DNA of 64,000 nucleotides from Nakamurella sp. (GCF_044224575.1 NZ_JBGAKE010000009.1:32162-96161); one strand, 5' to 3'. Positions 27,008 through 36,542 are shown, counted from the first letter of the stretch. Notes: a model not told the origin generated them from the letters alone. A program made the numbers and translations.

Positions 27008-28305
27008 CCTCGGTCGAGGTCTCCGTCATCGTGCCGTACTACGACGACCAGACCCGGTTGACCCTGCTCCTCGCGGCGCTCGCCCAGCAGCGGGGTGGGG
27101 TGCGGTTCGAGGTGGTGATCGCCGACGACGGATCGCCGATCCCGCCGACGATCCCGGATGACCTTAGTTTCGCCTGCCGCGTCGTGCGGCAACCGAACGC
27201 CGGCTTCCGCGCGGCGGCCGCGCGGAACCTCGGCGTGACCCGGGCGCGAGCCGATCTGTTGCTCTTCCTGGACGGCGACACCCTGCCCACCGCCGGGTAC
27301 CTGCGGTCGATGGTGGACCGGCTCCGGACGATCGACGACGGGCACGGCAGCCTGGTCGTCGGTCGCCGGCGACACGCGGATCTCCGATCGATCGAACCGG
27401 CGCAGGTGCTGCGCTTCCTGCGGCAGGACCCGGCGACCGCCTTCCCGGCCGGGCCGGCCGGGCTGCGAATCCTGGACGATCCCGCGTGGCTGCACCGCGG
27501 GTACGCGCGCACCGACCACCTCGCTTCGGCCGGGGAGGAGGACTTCCGGCTGGTGATCTCCGCGGTCCTGGGCCTGGACCGCCGGCTCTGGCAGGCCACC
27601 GGCGGGTTCGACGGCAGCTTCGTCGGGTACGGCGGCGAGGACTGGGATCTCGGCTGGCGATCGTGGCTCGCCGGCGCCCGAATGGCCCACGAACCACGCG
27701 CCGTCGCCTGGCACGACGGGCCCGATGCGGCCGGCCGGGGCACCGACCCCACGGTCAAGAACGCCGAAAGCCTGCGGCTGGCCAGGACCGTGCCATTGCC
27801 GTCGGTGCGCGGACCCGGGCTCGTGCTGGACCAGCCGGACATCGTGGTGCGGTACGCCGGCCCCACGACGGGAACCTCGGCGGACGCGGCCGTGGTCGCC
27901 TGCGTGACCGGCCTGCTGGCCGATGTCGATGCCGCCGTGTGGTTCCCGCGGTGTGCCGACCTCGGGTCGGCCGGCGGTGCCGACCGATCATCGGGTTCCG
28001 CGTTGCCGCCGTTGCTGACCGGTGACCCCCGGGTGCACGCCGGCGACGTGCCGACCGAGATCGCTCGACGGGCCCGCCATCTGGTGACCGTGCACCGGCC
28101 GCTGCAGCTGGCCGCCCCGCTCGACCGGTGCTGCGCCGCCGGTGAATGGGAGCGGGCGGGTTGGCTGCAGATCCGGCGGACCCGGGCGCTGAACCGCAAC
28201 GAACCTGCGCCGGCCGGGATCCCGGCCGATCCCGGCTGGTCGGCGCCGCCGATCCGACCCATCCCGGACGACGTGTCGCTGGAGCGGTGGTGGGCGGGAT
28301 GGTGA
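27004..28305 (+). CDS. Family 2 glycosyltransferase
   Basis: VSVIVPYY, VIADDGS, GFRAAAARNLG, FLDGDTLP, GGFDGSFVGYGGEDWD; GTGA overlap. Confidence 0.9.
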   Translation: MTSVEVSVIVPYYDDQTRLTLLLAALAQQRGGVRFEVVIADDGSPIPPTIPDDLSFACRVVRQPNAGFRAAAARNLGVTRARADLLLFLDGDTLPTAGYLRSMVDRLRTIDDGHGSLVVGRRRHADLRSIEPAQVLRFLRQDPATAFPAGPAGLRILDDPAWLHRGYARTDHLASAGEEDFRLVISAVLGLDRRLWQATGGFDGSFVGYGGEDWDLGWRSWLAGARMAHEPRAVAWHDGPDAAGRGTDPTVKNAESLRLARTVPLPSVRGPGLVLDQPDIVVRYAGPTTGTSADAAVVACVTGLLADVDAAVWFPRCADLGSAGGADRSSGSALPPLLTGDPRVHAGDVPTEIARRARHLVTVHRPLQLAAPLDRCCAAGEWERAGWLQIRRTRALNRNEPAPAGIPADPGWSAPPIRPIPDDVSLERWWAGW

Positions 28306-28327
28306 GCGGCCCGGATCCTCGCGTCTG

Positions 28328-29290
28328 TCAGCCGGGCAGCCGGCCGCCGGCCAACCTTCGGTACCGGTCCTGCGCCGCCCGGTCCAGCACGCCCCGGCCG
28401 ATCAACGCCAGCAGGCACCGCAACGCCAGTCCGAAGCTGCCGTAGGCCACGTCCGCGATCAGTGCGAGCCGGCCGAGTTGGGCGTCGGTGTACTCGTCCA
28501 GGCGGACCGGGTCGCGCACGTACAGCAGGTCGGCCTCGACGAGCTGGCGGGCGGACCGCTCCAGCGGGTCGGCCCAGACCACCGGAGCGATCGGCCAGGT
28601 CCGCGTCGTCACGAATTGATGCGGCACGAAGCCCTGGCCGCGCAGTTCCAGGTCGACATCGGCGAACGTGGGTTGGTCGTGGTACAGCCGGTGGAACCCG
28701 ACCTCGGTCTGCACGGCTACGGCCCCTTCGAGCCGGGCCCGGCCGGCGGTCAGCACCGGCAGTTCGCCGCCCTGGATATCGATCTTGAGGAAGTCGATGT
28801 CGGCGATCTCGGCGATGTCGTCCAGCCGGTGGGTCTGCACCGGCTCCCGGCCGGTCACCCGGGCCAGCTGCGGAAAGTCGATCAGCAGGTCCAGCTGGGC
28901 GGCATCCGGCTCCAGCAGGCTGGCGAAGCCCGAGGTGGCGCACAGGTGCAGGGTGTGCCGGCCGCCGTCGCCGACCGCGTAGGGCAGGTATCGCTCGTCC
29001 GGTCCGGCCCGGCCCAGCAGGTCGGCCAGCGCCGGCGCCTGCGGCTCGAAACCGGTGACCCGGCAACATCCGGCGTCCAGCAGCGGGCGGTACGGCGGAT
29101 CGCCGTCGATCGGGTTGGCGCCGATGTCGACGACCTCGACCGGCGACCGGCCGGGCCGATCACCGGCCAGCGCCGGCGCCAGCAGATCGCGCACCTGGCG
29201 GACGATCTCCGGGTCCGGGAGCACGCCGACCGGATCGGGTCGGCGGACCGAACGGTCGAGATCGCCCGTCACCGGCGGCGCAGTCCTCAC
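28328..29290 (-). CDS. FkbM family methyltransferase
   Basis: VVDIGANP, GFEPQ, HRLDD, DFLKIDIQGGEL.VL, QTEVGF..LY..QPTF.DVD. Confidence 0.9.
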   Translation of the reverse strand: MRTAPPVTGDLDRSVRRPDPVGVLPDPEIVRQVRDLLAPALAGDRPGRSPVEVVDIGANPIDGDPPYRPLLDAGCCRVTGFEPQAPALADLLGRAGPDERYLPYAVGDGGRHTLHLCATSGFASLLEPDAAQLDLLIDFPQLARVTGREPVQTHRLDDIAEIADIDFLKIDIQGGELPVLTAGRARLEGAVAVQTEVGFHRLYHDQPTFADVDLELRGQGFVPHQFVTTRTWPIAPVVWADPLERSARQLVEADLLYVRDPVRLDEYTDAQLGRLALIADVAYGSFGLALRCLLALIGRGVLDRAAQDRYRRLAGGRLPG

Positions 29291-29388
29291 CTCGTGGCGG
29301 TACCCCGGCGACGCCGGAATCAACCGGGGTCGGTGACACCGCGCGGTGGCCGCCGCGGGCCGGAGTAGCGCGGCGGCCGATGGCCCGA

Positions 29389-29958
29389 TCAAGCGGCGCG
29401 GCGTAGCCGGCTCTCGGTGGCGCGGCGCAGGGCCGCGAGATCGACGTCGAAATGCGCGAGCGCCGCGCGCATCTCCCGGTCGTCGGAGCGGAGCACGCCG
29501 AGCAGGACCGACTCGGCGCCGATCGAATCCTGGCCGAGACGAATGGTTTCCCGCAGCGACAGCTCGATCGACTTCTTGGCGCCCTCGGTGAACGGCACGT
29601 GCCGGCCGTCCGCTCGGCGATGCCGGCGCAACGGCCACCGGCGACCGGCCGGTGGGTCCTCGTCCAACGCACCCGGGCCGAAGGTCGATTCCACCGTCGT
29701 CCGGATCGCGCCCAGATCGATGCCCAGCGCGGACAGGGCCGATGCGTCCAGGCCGCCCCGATGGTGCTCGGCCACCCACTGCAGCAACGGCGCTGGTTCG
29801 AGGTGCCGCTCGGCCAGCAGGTCCGCGGTGGAGCGATCGGGATCGGACAGCCCGATCAACAGGTGAATGGCTCGGATCTTCCGGTCGTTGGTGCTTCGCG
29901 CGGCCTCCTGGGCCGCCACCACGACCGCGCGGGCGTCCCGGCTGAATCGCTCGAACAT
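29389..29958 (-). CDS. Clp protease N-terminal (Clp_N) domain-only protein
   Basis: MFERFSRDARAVVVAAQEAAR, HVPFTEGAKKSIELSLRE, IGAESVLLGVL; no ATPase domain. Confidence 0.9.
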   Translation of the reverse strand: MFERFSRDARAVVVAAQEAARSTNDRKIRAIHLLIGLSDPDRSTADLLAERHLEPAPLLQWVAEHHRGGLDASALSALGIDLGAIRTTVESTFGPGALDEDPPAGRRWPLRRHRRADGRHVPFTEGAKKSIELSLRETIRLGQDSIGAESVLLGVLRSDDREMRAALAHFDVDLAALRRATESRLRRAA

Positions 29959-29960
29959 GG

Positions 29961-30182
29961 TCAGATCCTCCGATGGTGCTTGCGGTGAACGGTCTGTTTG
30001 GTGACCCCGAGCCGGTCGGCGATCTCCTGCCAGGACCAGCCGCGAGCGCGGGCGCCGGCCACGTGCAGGGCTTCCAACCGTTCCAGTAGAACGCGCAGCG
30101 AGGCAACCGCCCGCAGGCCGACCGCCGGATCCGTGCTGTCGAGTGCGCCGGCCAGCTCGGCGGCGGTGGGGGTCTCGGTCAT
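29961..30182 (-). CDS. Small helix-turn-helix protein
   Basis: GLRAVASLR.LLERLE...V..AR..GWSWQEIA..LGVTKQTVHRKH. Confidence 0.9.
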   Translation of the reverse strand: MTETPTAAELAGALDSTDPAVGLRAVASLRVLLERLEALHVAGARARGWSWQEIADRLGVTKQTVHRKHHRRI

Positions 30183-30278
30183 GTTGTCAGCATAAGCTGA
30201 CGTCGAGCAATCGTCAACACATGCTGACGTCCCCCGGACCGGTCCCGGTCGCCGGTGATCGCTCGCTACCGCCGGGGC

Positions 30279-30977
30279 TCACCGCAACACAGTCGTGCCG
30301 GCCACCGGGGGAAGGTCCGCGGCCGTGTCGACCGCGGCGATCCAGGCGATCAACAGGGCAGTCAGAACGCCCCGGGCGCCGTCCGGATCGGCGCCGCCAC
30401 CGCAGAGCCGGCGGCCCATGGTCCGCGGCCGGCCGTCGAGCAGATCGGCGTGCCCGAGCCCGTCGACCACCACGTGCCGGGCGGCCCGGTTGGCCCGCGC
30501 GAACTGCCGGTGGTTGACCGGACCGGGCGCGCATCGACCCTCGACACCCGCGCCGACGACCAGAGTGGGTGCCGGCCAGGTCACCGGAGCCGCCGTGCTC
30601 GTCGGTCTGCTCGGCGCCCGCCCCGCGCCGTCGACGGGGTCGATCACCATCAGCGAGGCCGGCAGATCACCGGCGGGCAGCATCGTCACCGCCCGCCAGG
30701 CGGCCTGCCCGCCGCGGGAGTGGCCGGCGAGGTGAACCCGCGATCCGGGGTGTCGAGCCGCCGTCACCCGCACGAGATCCGCCGCCCGGCCGGCCTCATC
30801 GGCGATGTCGACCCGGCCGGCGAGCACGCCGAGACCGCGGCGGTACAACTGGGGCACCAGCACCGTGGGCCCGGCGCGAGCCAGCGTCCGGGCGACCGTC
30901 GAGTACGCCGGCGGCGCGATCATGAAGCCGGGCAGCAGGACGACCAGGTCGGGTCCCGCTCCCTCGACGGTCAGCAC
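30279..30977 (-). CDS. Alpha/beta hydrolase (chlorophyllase-like)
   Basis: VVLLPGF, LAGHSRGG nucleophile elbow, IDPVDG, GHADLLD; start uncertain. Confidence 0.8.
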   Translation of the reverse strand: MLTVEGAGPDLVVLLPGFMIAPPAYSTVARTLARAGPTVLVPQLYRRGLGVLAGRVDIADEAGRAADLVRVTAARHPGSRVHLAGHSRGGQAAWRAVTMLPAGDLPASLMVIDPVDGAGRAPSRPTSTAAPVTWPAPTLVVGAGVEGRCAPGPVNHRQFARANRAARHVVVDGLGHADLLDGRPRTMGRRLCGGGADPDGARGVLTALLIAWIAAVDTAADLPPVAGTTVLR

Positions 30978-30981
30978 CGGG

Positions 30982-31662
30982 TCAGGCTGCCGTCGCGCAG
31001 CCCATGCACACCCATTTCGCCCCGGCCTTACCGATCCGATCCCCCACGGCAATCCGGCCGGCGCACTGCGGGCAGGTTCCGGGGAACCGGGCCGCCAGCC
31101 CACCGGAGCCCGCGTTGCCCGACGTGCCCGACGTGCCCGACGTGCCCGACGTGCCCGACGTGCTCGGGGAACGAGCCGGCCGGCGCCGGCCCGGACGCCC
31201 GTCGCCGGCCGGACCCTCGCCCATGCCGCCGGGCACCCCTGCGTTGGCCAGCGCGTCCGCCCGTTCGTTCCCGGGGTCGCCCGCATGCCCCTTCACCCAC
31301 TGCCACTCGACCGTGTGCCGGTTCGCCTGCTCGTCCAGTTGCTGCCACAGGTCGACGTTCTTGACGGGCTGCTTGCTGCCGGTCAACCAACCGTTGCGAC
31401 GCCACCCGAGCAGCCACTTGGTGATGCCGTTGAGCACGTAGGTGGAGTCGGCGTGCACGGTGACCACGGTGCCATCGGGCAGGCTGCGCAGCGCCTCCAC
31501 GACTGCACGCAACTCCATCCGGTTGTTGGTGGTGGCCGCCTCGCCGCCGGACAGTTCGACGTCCGGTCGTCCGTCCGCGCGGATCAGCGCACCCCAACCA
31601 CCCGGGCCGGGATTACCCCGGCAGGCTCCGTCCGACCACACCCGGATCCGCTGCTCGTCCAC
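30982..31662 (-). CDS. rnhA: Ribonuclease HI with a C-terminal linker and CxxC...CxxC finger
   Basis: [50 protein letters not shown]; tail [10 protein letters not shown]...WVCMGC. Confidence 0.95.
   Translation of the reverse strand: MDEQRIRVWSDGACRGNPGPGGWGALIRADGRPDVELSGGEAATTNNRMELRAVVEALRSLPDGTVVTVHADSTYVLNGITKWLLGWRRNGWLTGSKQPVKNVDLWQQLDEQANRHTVEWQWVKGHAGDPGNERADALANAGVPGGMGEGPAGDGRPGRRRPARSPSTSGTSGTSGTSGTSGNAGSGGLAARFPGTCPQCAGRIAVGDRIGKAGAKWVCMGCATAA
31117..31161. repeat. 9-bp tandem repeat (GCCCGACGT)x5 encoding (TSG)5 in rnhA
   Basis: Five exact copies read directly. Confidence 0.95.
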
Positions 31663-31739
31663 GACGACGATCCTGCCTGACGAACCCGGGTCGACGGGCA
31701 CCGGCGCGGACAGGGCGTGTCGGCCCCGCGAGGGAACGG

Positions 31740-32117
31740 TCACCCGCGGGTGGCGGCCGGCCGCGCGGCCGCCGGGTCGATGCGGAGGATCTTGACCAGG
31801 GGCCGGCCATTGGCCAGTTCGTCGACCAGCTTGTCCAGGTAGCGGATCCGCCGCATCAAGGGATCCTCGACGTCCTGGACCCGCACGCCGCAGACGGAGC
31901 CGGTGATCAGGGCAGCGTGCGGATTGGGCCGAGCGGCGGCAAAGAACTCCTCGAAGGTGCTCTCCTGGTCGAGGTGGCGGCCGAGTTCGGCCTCGTCGAA
32001 TCCGGTGAGCCAGCCGATGACCTCGTCGAGCTCGTCCTTGGTGCGGCCCTTGCGTTCCACCTTCGTCAGGTACAGCGGATAAACCGACGCGACGCTCGTG
32101 GTGAATATCCGGTGCAC
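31740..32117 (-). CDS. DUF2200 domain protein
   Basis: [55 protein letters not shown]. Confidence 0.9.
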   Translation of the reverse strand: MHRIFTTSVASVYPLYLTKVERKGRTKDELDEVIGWLTGFDEAELGRHLDQESTFEEFFAAARPNPHAALITGSVCGVRVQDVEDPLMRRIRYLDKLVDELANGRPLVKILRIDPAAARPAATRG

Positions 32118-32205
32118 CCCCGCACGATACGGGGCCCTGGTGCTCGATCGGCCGGTCGACCATCCGGCCACCGGCGCGAACTGACCGGTGGAACGGCCGG
32201 CACCG

Positions 32206-32916
32206 TCAGGAAGCCGCCTTGCGCAGTTCGTCGAGGTAGGCGTAGGCCGTCACCTTGGAGATGCCCAGGCGACGGGAGACGAGCTCGACCGACCGGCGAA
32301 TCTCGAACGCACCCTGCTGGTCGAGGGTGGCGAGGACGTCCATCCGGTCGGCCCGGTCCATCATCGAGACCGGCTTGCCGACCGCGTCGACCGCCGACTC
32401 GAACAGTGCGTCGAAGACGGTCGCGATGTCCGGGGCGTGCGTCTCCTTGGCCCGGGTGTCCGCACCCGTTGCGGGCAGCAGCGAACCGATCAGCGCCTGA
32501 ACGTGCTGCAGCGGGGTGATGTCGACGTTGACGCAGAGCGCGCCGATGATGTGGCCGGCCGCGTTGCGGTAGTAGACCGACGAACAGTGCAGCTGCCGGC
32601 CGTCCTCGGTCTGGCCGCGATAGCCGAAGGCGTTGTGCTCGGCCGCTTCGTCCCGCAGGACCTGCAGGCCGAGGTTCGTCGACGGCCCGCCGACGGATCG
32701 GCCGGTCACCTGGGGGTTTTCGATGGCCCGGATCGTGTGGCGCAGATCGACGTGCCGGCTGGACAGGTCATGCAGGACGACCTCGCAATGCGGCCCCACG
32801 GCCGTGGCGATGGCCCGCATCACCGGGGCCAGCAGCGCCTGGAGTTCCTCGATGGTCTCCACCGTGCCCGGGTCGACGGCGTCACCGCCCGTCGCGCGCG
32901 CACTCTGACTCGCCAT
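32206..32916 (-). CDS. YheO-like PAS + HTH transcriptional regulator
   Basis: VGPHCEVVLHDL, IEN..VTGR.VGGP.TNLG, L..SS, GALCVNVD, LDQQGAF..R.SV..V...LG.SK.T.Y.YL. Confidence 0.9.
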   Translation of the reverse strand: MASQSARATGGDAVDPGTVETIEELQALLAPVMRAIATAVGPHCEVVLHDLSSRHVDLRHTIRAIENPQVTGRSVGGPSTNLGLQVLRDEAAEHNAFGYRGQTEDGRQLHCSSVYYRNAAGHIIGALCVNVDITPLQHVQALIGSLLPATGADTRAKETHAPDIATVFDALFESAVDAVGKPVSMMDRADRMDVLATLDQQGAFEIRRSVELVSRRLGISKVTAYAYLDELRKAAS

Positions 32917-32957
32917 CCTTGTCTCCTCCCGGGCCGGTCCCTCCGGCTAGCTTAACA

Positions 32958-32986
32958 ATCTGTATTGGGTATGGACAGATAGTCCA
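32958..32986. promoter_or_regulatory. Overlapping inverted repeats in the AT-rich divergent promoter (ATCTGT-N11-ACAGAT; TGGAC-N5-GTCCA)
   Basis: Read directly; the operator role is inferred. Confidence 0.3.
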
Positions 32987-33119
32987 AGGTGCCTTACTCT
33001 TTGTTCAGCGGTAGACGGTCTGTTCGGATGGTCGGAGGTTGACGGCCCGGAACCCCGTCCCGGTCCAGCCCCGTGACCCGGCGGAGCGCTGCCCCCTTCG
33101 AGAAGATTGGTGCGATCAG

Positions 33120-33497
33120 ATGCCCAAGGTTTGCCTTTCCAGTGAGCTGTCCTCGCCGCCCGGCGGCCCCTACTCGCAGATCGTGATCCATGACGGCCTG
33201 GTCTACCTGGCAGGCTCCACCCCGCACACCCCTGGTTCCGGAGAACTGGTGGACGGCGGCTTCGACAAGCAGGCGCGGCGCGCGTTCGACAACCTGCAGG
33301 CCCTGGCGGCGGCCGCCGGCACCGACCTGTCGAACGCGTTGAAGGTCACCGTGTACCTGCGGGACTGGGCCAACTTCCCGGCGATGAACGAACTGTTCGG
33401 CCAGTACATGGGGGCGCAGCCGCCGGTGCGCACCACCATCCCGGTCGACCTGCCCGGATTCGAGATCGAGATCGACGCAATCGTCGCCGCCGCCTGA
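33120..33497 (+). CDS. RidA family reactive-intermediate/imine deaminase
   Basis: GPYSQ, VYLAGS, LKVTVYL.D...F..MNE.F, PPVRTT, IEIDAI. Confidence 0.9.
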   Translation: MPKVCLSSELSSPPGGPYSQIVIHDGLVYLAGSTPHTPGSGELVDGGFDKQARRAFDNLQALAAAAGTDLSNALKVTVYLRDWANFPAMNELFGQYMGAQPPVRTTIPVDLPGFEIEIDAIVAAA

Positions 33498-33549
33498 CGC
33501 GGCCTCCCGTCCCGCCGCACCCCCCGATCCGACCCAGAGGAGCCACCCG

Positions 33550-34863
33550 ATGCCCGCCCCCCGTCCGGTCCACCAGGACCTGGTGATCGGCCCCCAGCAC
33601 AAGTCGATCCCGGCCGCCCTCTGGGGCAGCCCGGTCTCGCGGGCGGTGGCCGGATCGCCACGACTGGCCGACTTCGCCACCCCCCTGCTGACGATCGACC
33701 GTCGAGTGCTGGACGCGAACCTGGCCGTCATGCAGCGCTGGACCGCCGCCCGGGTCCTGGATCTCGCGCCGCACGGCAAGACCACGATGGCGCCCGCCCT
33801 CTGGTCCCGGCTGTTCGACCACGGTGCCACGGCACTGACCCTGGCCACGCCCTGGCAGGTCCAGGTCGCCCGCTCGTTCGGGGTCGAGAAGATCATGCTG
33901 GCCAACACTCTCGTCTCCCCCGGCGGCATCGGGTGGATCTCGACGGAACTCGACGCCCACCCGTCGTTCGAGTTCTCCAGCTGGGTCGACAGCCGCGACG
34001 CGGTGCGCATCCTGCGGGCGGCGCTGGCCGCCCGCGGCGCCGTCCGACCGCTCGACGTCATCGTCGAACTCGGCGGCCCGGGCGGCCGCACAGGCGCCCG
34101 CAGCACGGACGAGGCTCTGGCCATCGCCCGCGACGTGGCCGCGGCTCCCGAGCTACGCCTGGGCGGGGCCGGGGGTTACGAGGGGGCACTGGCCCACGAC
34201 CGGTCCGCTGCCGGACTGGCCGCGGTGCGCGGCTACCTGCGGTCACTGGCCGAGCTCCACGGCCGGCTGGCCGCGGACCGGCTCTACGACACCGACCGGG
34301 CCGTCGTCACCGCGGGGGGTAGCGCGTACTTCGACCTGGTGGCCGACGAACTCGGCGGCCTGGTCGACCTCGACGGCGCCCGCGGCATACCGACGCGGGT
34401 GGTGCTGCGGTCCGGCGCCTATCCCATCCACGACGACGGCTTCTACCGGTCGATCTCACCGCTGGACGGGGCCGCCCGCGGCGAACCGGACCACCTGGCA
34501 TCGGCCATGCACGCCTGGGTCACCATCGTCTCGACGCCCGAACCGGGCCTCGCGCTGTTCGACGCCGGCAAGCGCGACCTGCCGTTCGACGAGGGCCTGC
34601 CCACGGCCCAGGCGATCCGCGGACGGTCCGACGAGCAGAGCGCGCGGGTGCTCGCCGACGCCCGAGTCACGGCCCTCAACGACCAGCACGGCTTCCTGCG
34701 CTTCCCCGCGGAGGTCGCCGACGAGCTCGTCGTCGGCACCGTCCTGCGGCTGGGGCTGTCCCACCCCTGCACGGCCTTCGACAAGTGGCGGCTGATCCCG
34801 CTCGTCGACGACCACACCAGCTCAGATCCGACCGTGGTCGACCTGATCCCCACCTACTTCTGA
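33550..34863 (+). CDS. Fold-type III PLP enzyme, DSD1/D-serine deaminase/D-threonine aldolase family
   Basis: TPLLTID, LAPHGKTTMAP (PLP lysine), GRTG.R, GYEG, TAGGSAYFD, LRSGAY..HD, DAGKRD, NDQHG, LSHPCTAFDKW. Confidence 0.9.
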   Translation: MPAPRPVHQDLVIGPQHKSIPAALWGSPVSRAVAGSPRLADFATPLLTIDRRVLDANLAVMQRWTAARVLDLAPHGKTTMAPALWSRLFDHGATALTLATPWQVQVARSFGVEKIMLANTLVSPGGIGWISTELDAHPSFEFSSWVDSRDAVRILRAALAARGAVRPLDVIVELGGPGGRTGARSTDEALAIARDVAAAPELRLGGAGGYEGALAHDRSAAGLAAVRGYLRSLAELHGRLAADRLYDTDRAVVTAGGSAYFDLVADELGGLVDLDGARGIPTRVVLRSGAYPIHDDGFYRSISPLDGAARGEPDHLASAMHAWVTIVSTPEPGLALFDAGKRDLPFDEGLPTAQAIRGRSDEQSARVLADARVTALNDQHGFLRFPAEVADELVVGTVLRLGLSHPCTAFDKWRLIPLVDDHTSSDPTVVDLIPTYF

Positions 34864-34907
34864 CCCGCCTGCTTCTGATCCACGTATCCCGGAACCCGAA
34901 GGACATC

Positions 34908-36542
34908 ATGACCACCCCAACCCGCCCGGCCGATGTCGTCCTGGTCGGTGGCACCGTCGTCGACGGCACCGGCGAGCCGCGCTACCGCGCCGACATCGCG
35001 ATCAGTGGCCCCACCATCATCCGGATCGGTGACTGCGCCGACCTGGTCACCGATACCGCGACGACGCGCGTCGTCGACGCCGCCGGCCTGGTCATCGCGC
35101 CAGGCTTCATCGACATGCACGCCCATTCCGACCTGCAGATCCTGCTCAACCCGGACCACGTCGCCAAGATCAGCCAAGGGGTCACCACCGAGGTACTCGG
35201 CCAGGACGGACTGTCCTACGCCCCGGTCGACGACGCCGTGCTGGCCCAGGTGCGCCGGCAGATCGCCGGATGGAACGGCAACCCTGCGGATTTTGACTTC
35301 TCCTGGCGCACCGTGGCGCAGTTTCTGGACCGGCTGGACCAGGGCATCGCCACCAATGCCGCCTATCTGGTGCCACAGGGCACCCTCCGGCTGCTGGTCG
35401 TCGGCCCGGACGACCGGCCGGCCACGGCCGACGAGATCGCCCGCATGCAGGACGTTCTCGCCGAGAGCCTGCAGGCGGGTGCGGTCGGCCTGTCCAGCGG
35501 GCTCACCTACACCCCGGGCATGTACGCCGATACCGGTGAGCTGGCCGCACTCTGCGAGGTGGTCGCCGCGCACGGCGGCTACTACTGCCCGCACACCCGG
35601 TCCTACGGCGCCGGCGCCCTGGCCGCCTACACCGAGATGCTGGACCTCGCCCGGTCGACCGGTTGCCCGGTGCACCTGACCCACGCCACCATGAACTTCG
35701 CCGAGAACGCCGGCCGGGCCGGCGAGTTCCTGGCCCTGGTCGACGCCGCCCTCGCCGACGGGTGCGACATCAGCCTGGACACCTACCCCTACCTGCCGGG
35801 CTGCACCACCCTGTCCGCGCTACTGCCCAGCTGGGCCGCCGCCGGCGGGCCCGACGCGCTGCTGGCCCGACTGGCGGACCCGCAGGCCCGGGAACGGATC
35901 CGGGTCGACGTCGAGCAAACCGGTTCCGACGGCTGCCACGGCGTCGTCGTGGAGTGGGACACGATCCAGATCAGCGGGGTCGGGAACGCCGACCTGGCCG
36001 GTCTCGTCGGATCCACCGTCGCCGAGATCGCCGCCCGGGAAGGGCGTTCCGGCACCGACGTGTTCTTCGATCTGCTCCGCCGCGACGAACTCGCCACCAC
36101 GATCCTGCAACACGTCGGCCACGAGGACAACGTCCGGGCGATCATGCAGCATCGCACCCACATGGGCGGCAGCGACGGCATTCTCGTCGGTGACCGGCCA
36201 CATCCCCGGGCCTGGGGCACCTTCCCGCGCTACCTTGCGCACTACAGCCGGGAACTCGGCCTGCTCGGCCTGGAGGAGTGCGTCGCCCACCTCACCGGAC
36301 GGGCCGCCGACCGGCTGCGGCTGGCCGATCGCGGGTTCGTCCGCGAGGGCTACGCCGCCGACCTGGTGGTGTTCGATCCCGTCACCGTCGCCGACACGGC
36401 GACCTTCGCCGATCCCCGGCAACCCGCCACCGGGATTCCGTTCGTCCTGGTCAACGGCGTCCTCGCCGTCGACCGCAACCGCCCGACCGGGCACCGCGCC
36501 GGACATGCGCTGCGGCGCGGGGACGACCGCGCGGTCCGTTGA
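34908..36542 (+). CDS. N-acyl-D-amino-acid deacylase (D-aminoacylase)
   Basis: APGFIDMHAHSD, QGVTTEVLGQDG, GLSSGLTY.PG, SDG, HPRAWGTFPRYL, ADLVVFDP. Confidence 0.92.
   Translation: MTTPTRPADVVLVGGTVVDGTGEPRYRADIAISGPTIIRIGDCADLVTDTATTRVVDAAGLVIAPGFIDMHAHSDLQILLNPDHVAKISQGVTTEVLGQDGLSYAPVDDAVLAQVRRQIAGWNGNPADFDFSWRTVAQFLDRLDQGIATNAAYLVPQGTLRLLVVGPDDRPATADEIARMQDVLAESLQAGAVGLSSGLTYTPGMYADTGELAALCEVVAAHGGYYCPHTRSYGAGALAAYTEMLDLARSTGCPVHLTHATMNFAENAGRAGEFLALVDAALADGCDISLDTYPYLPGCTTLSALLPSWAAAGGPDALLARLADPQARERIRVDVEQTGSDGCHGVVVEWDTIQISGVGNADLAGLVGSTVAEIAAREGRSGTDVFFDLLRRDELATTILQHVGHEDNVRAIMQHRTHMGGSDGILVGDRPHPRAWGTFPRYLAHYSRELGLLGLEECVAHLTGRAADRLRLADRGFVREGYAADLVVFDPVTVADTATFADPRQPATGIPFVLVNGVLAVDRNRPTGHRAGHALRRGDDRAVR

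Noticed and set aside
28328-30106. 592-aa ORF suggesting an extended FkbM fusion
   Set aside because: The N-terminal part overlaps the real Clp_N and HTH genes in another frame; only 28328-29290 is protein-like.
31117-31161. Tandem repeat as a possible CRISPR or contingency locus
   Set aside because: No spacers and no cas genes; the 9-bp unit keeps the frame, so it cannot phase-switch the gene.
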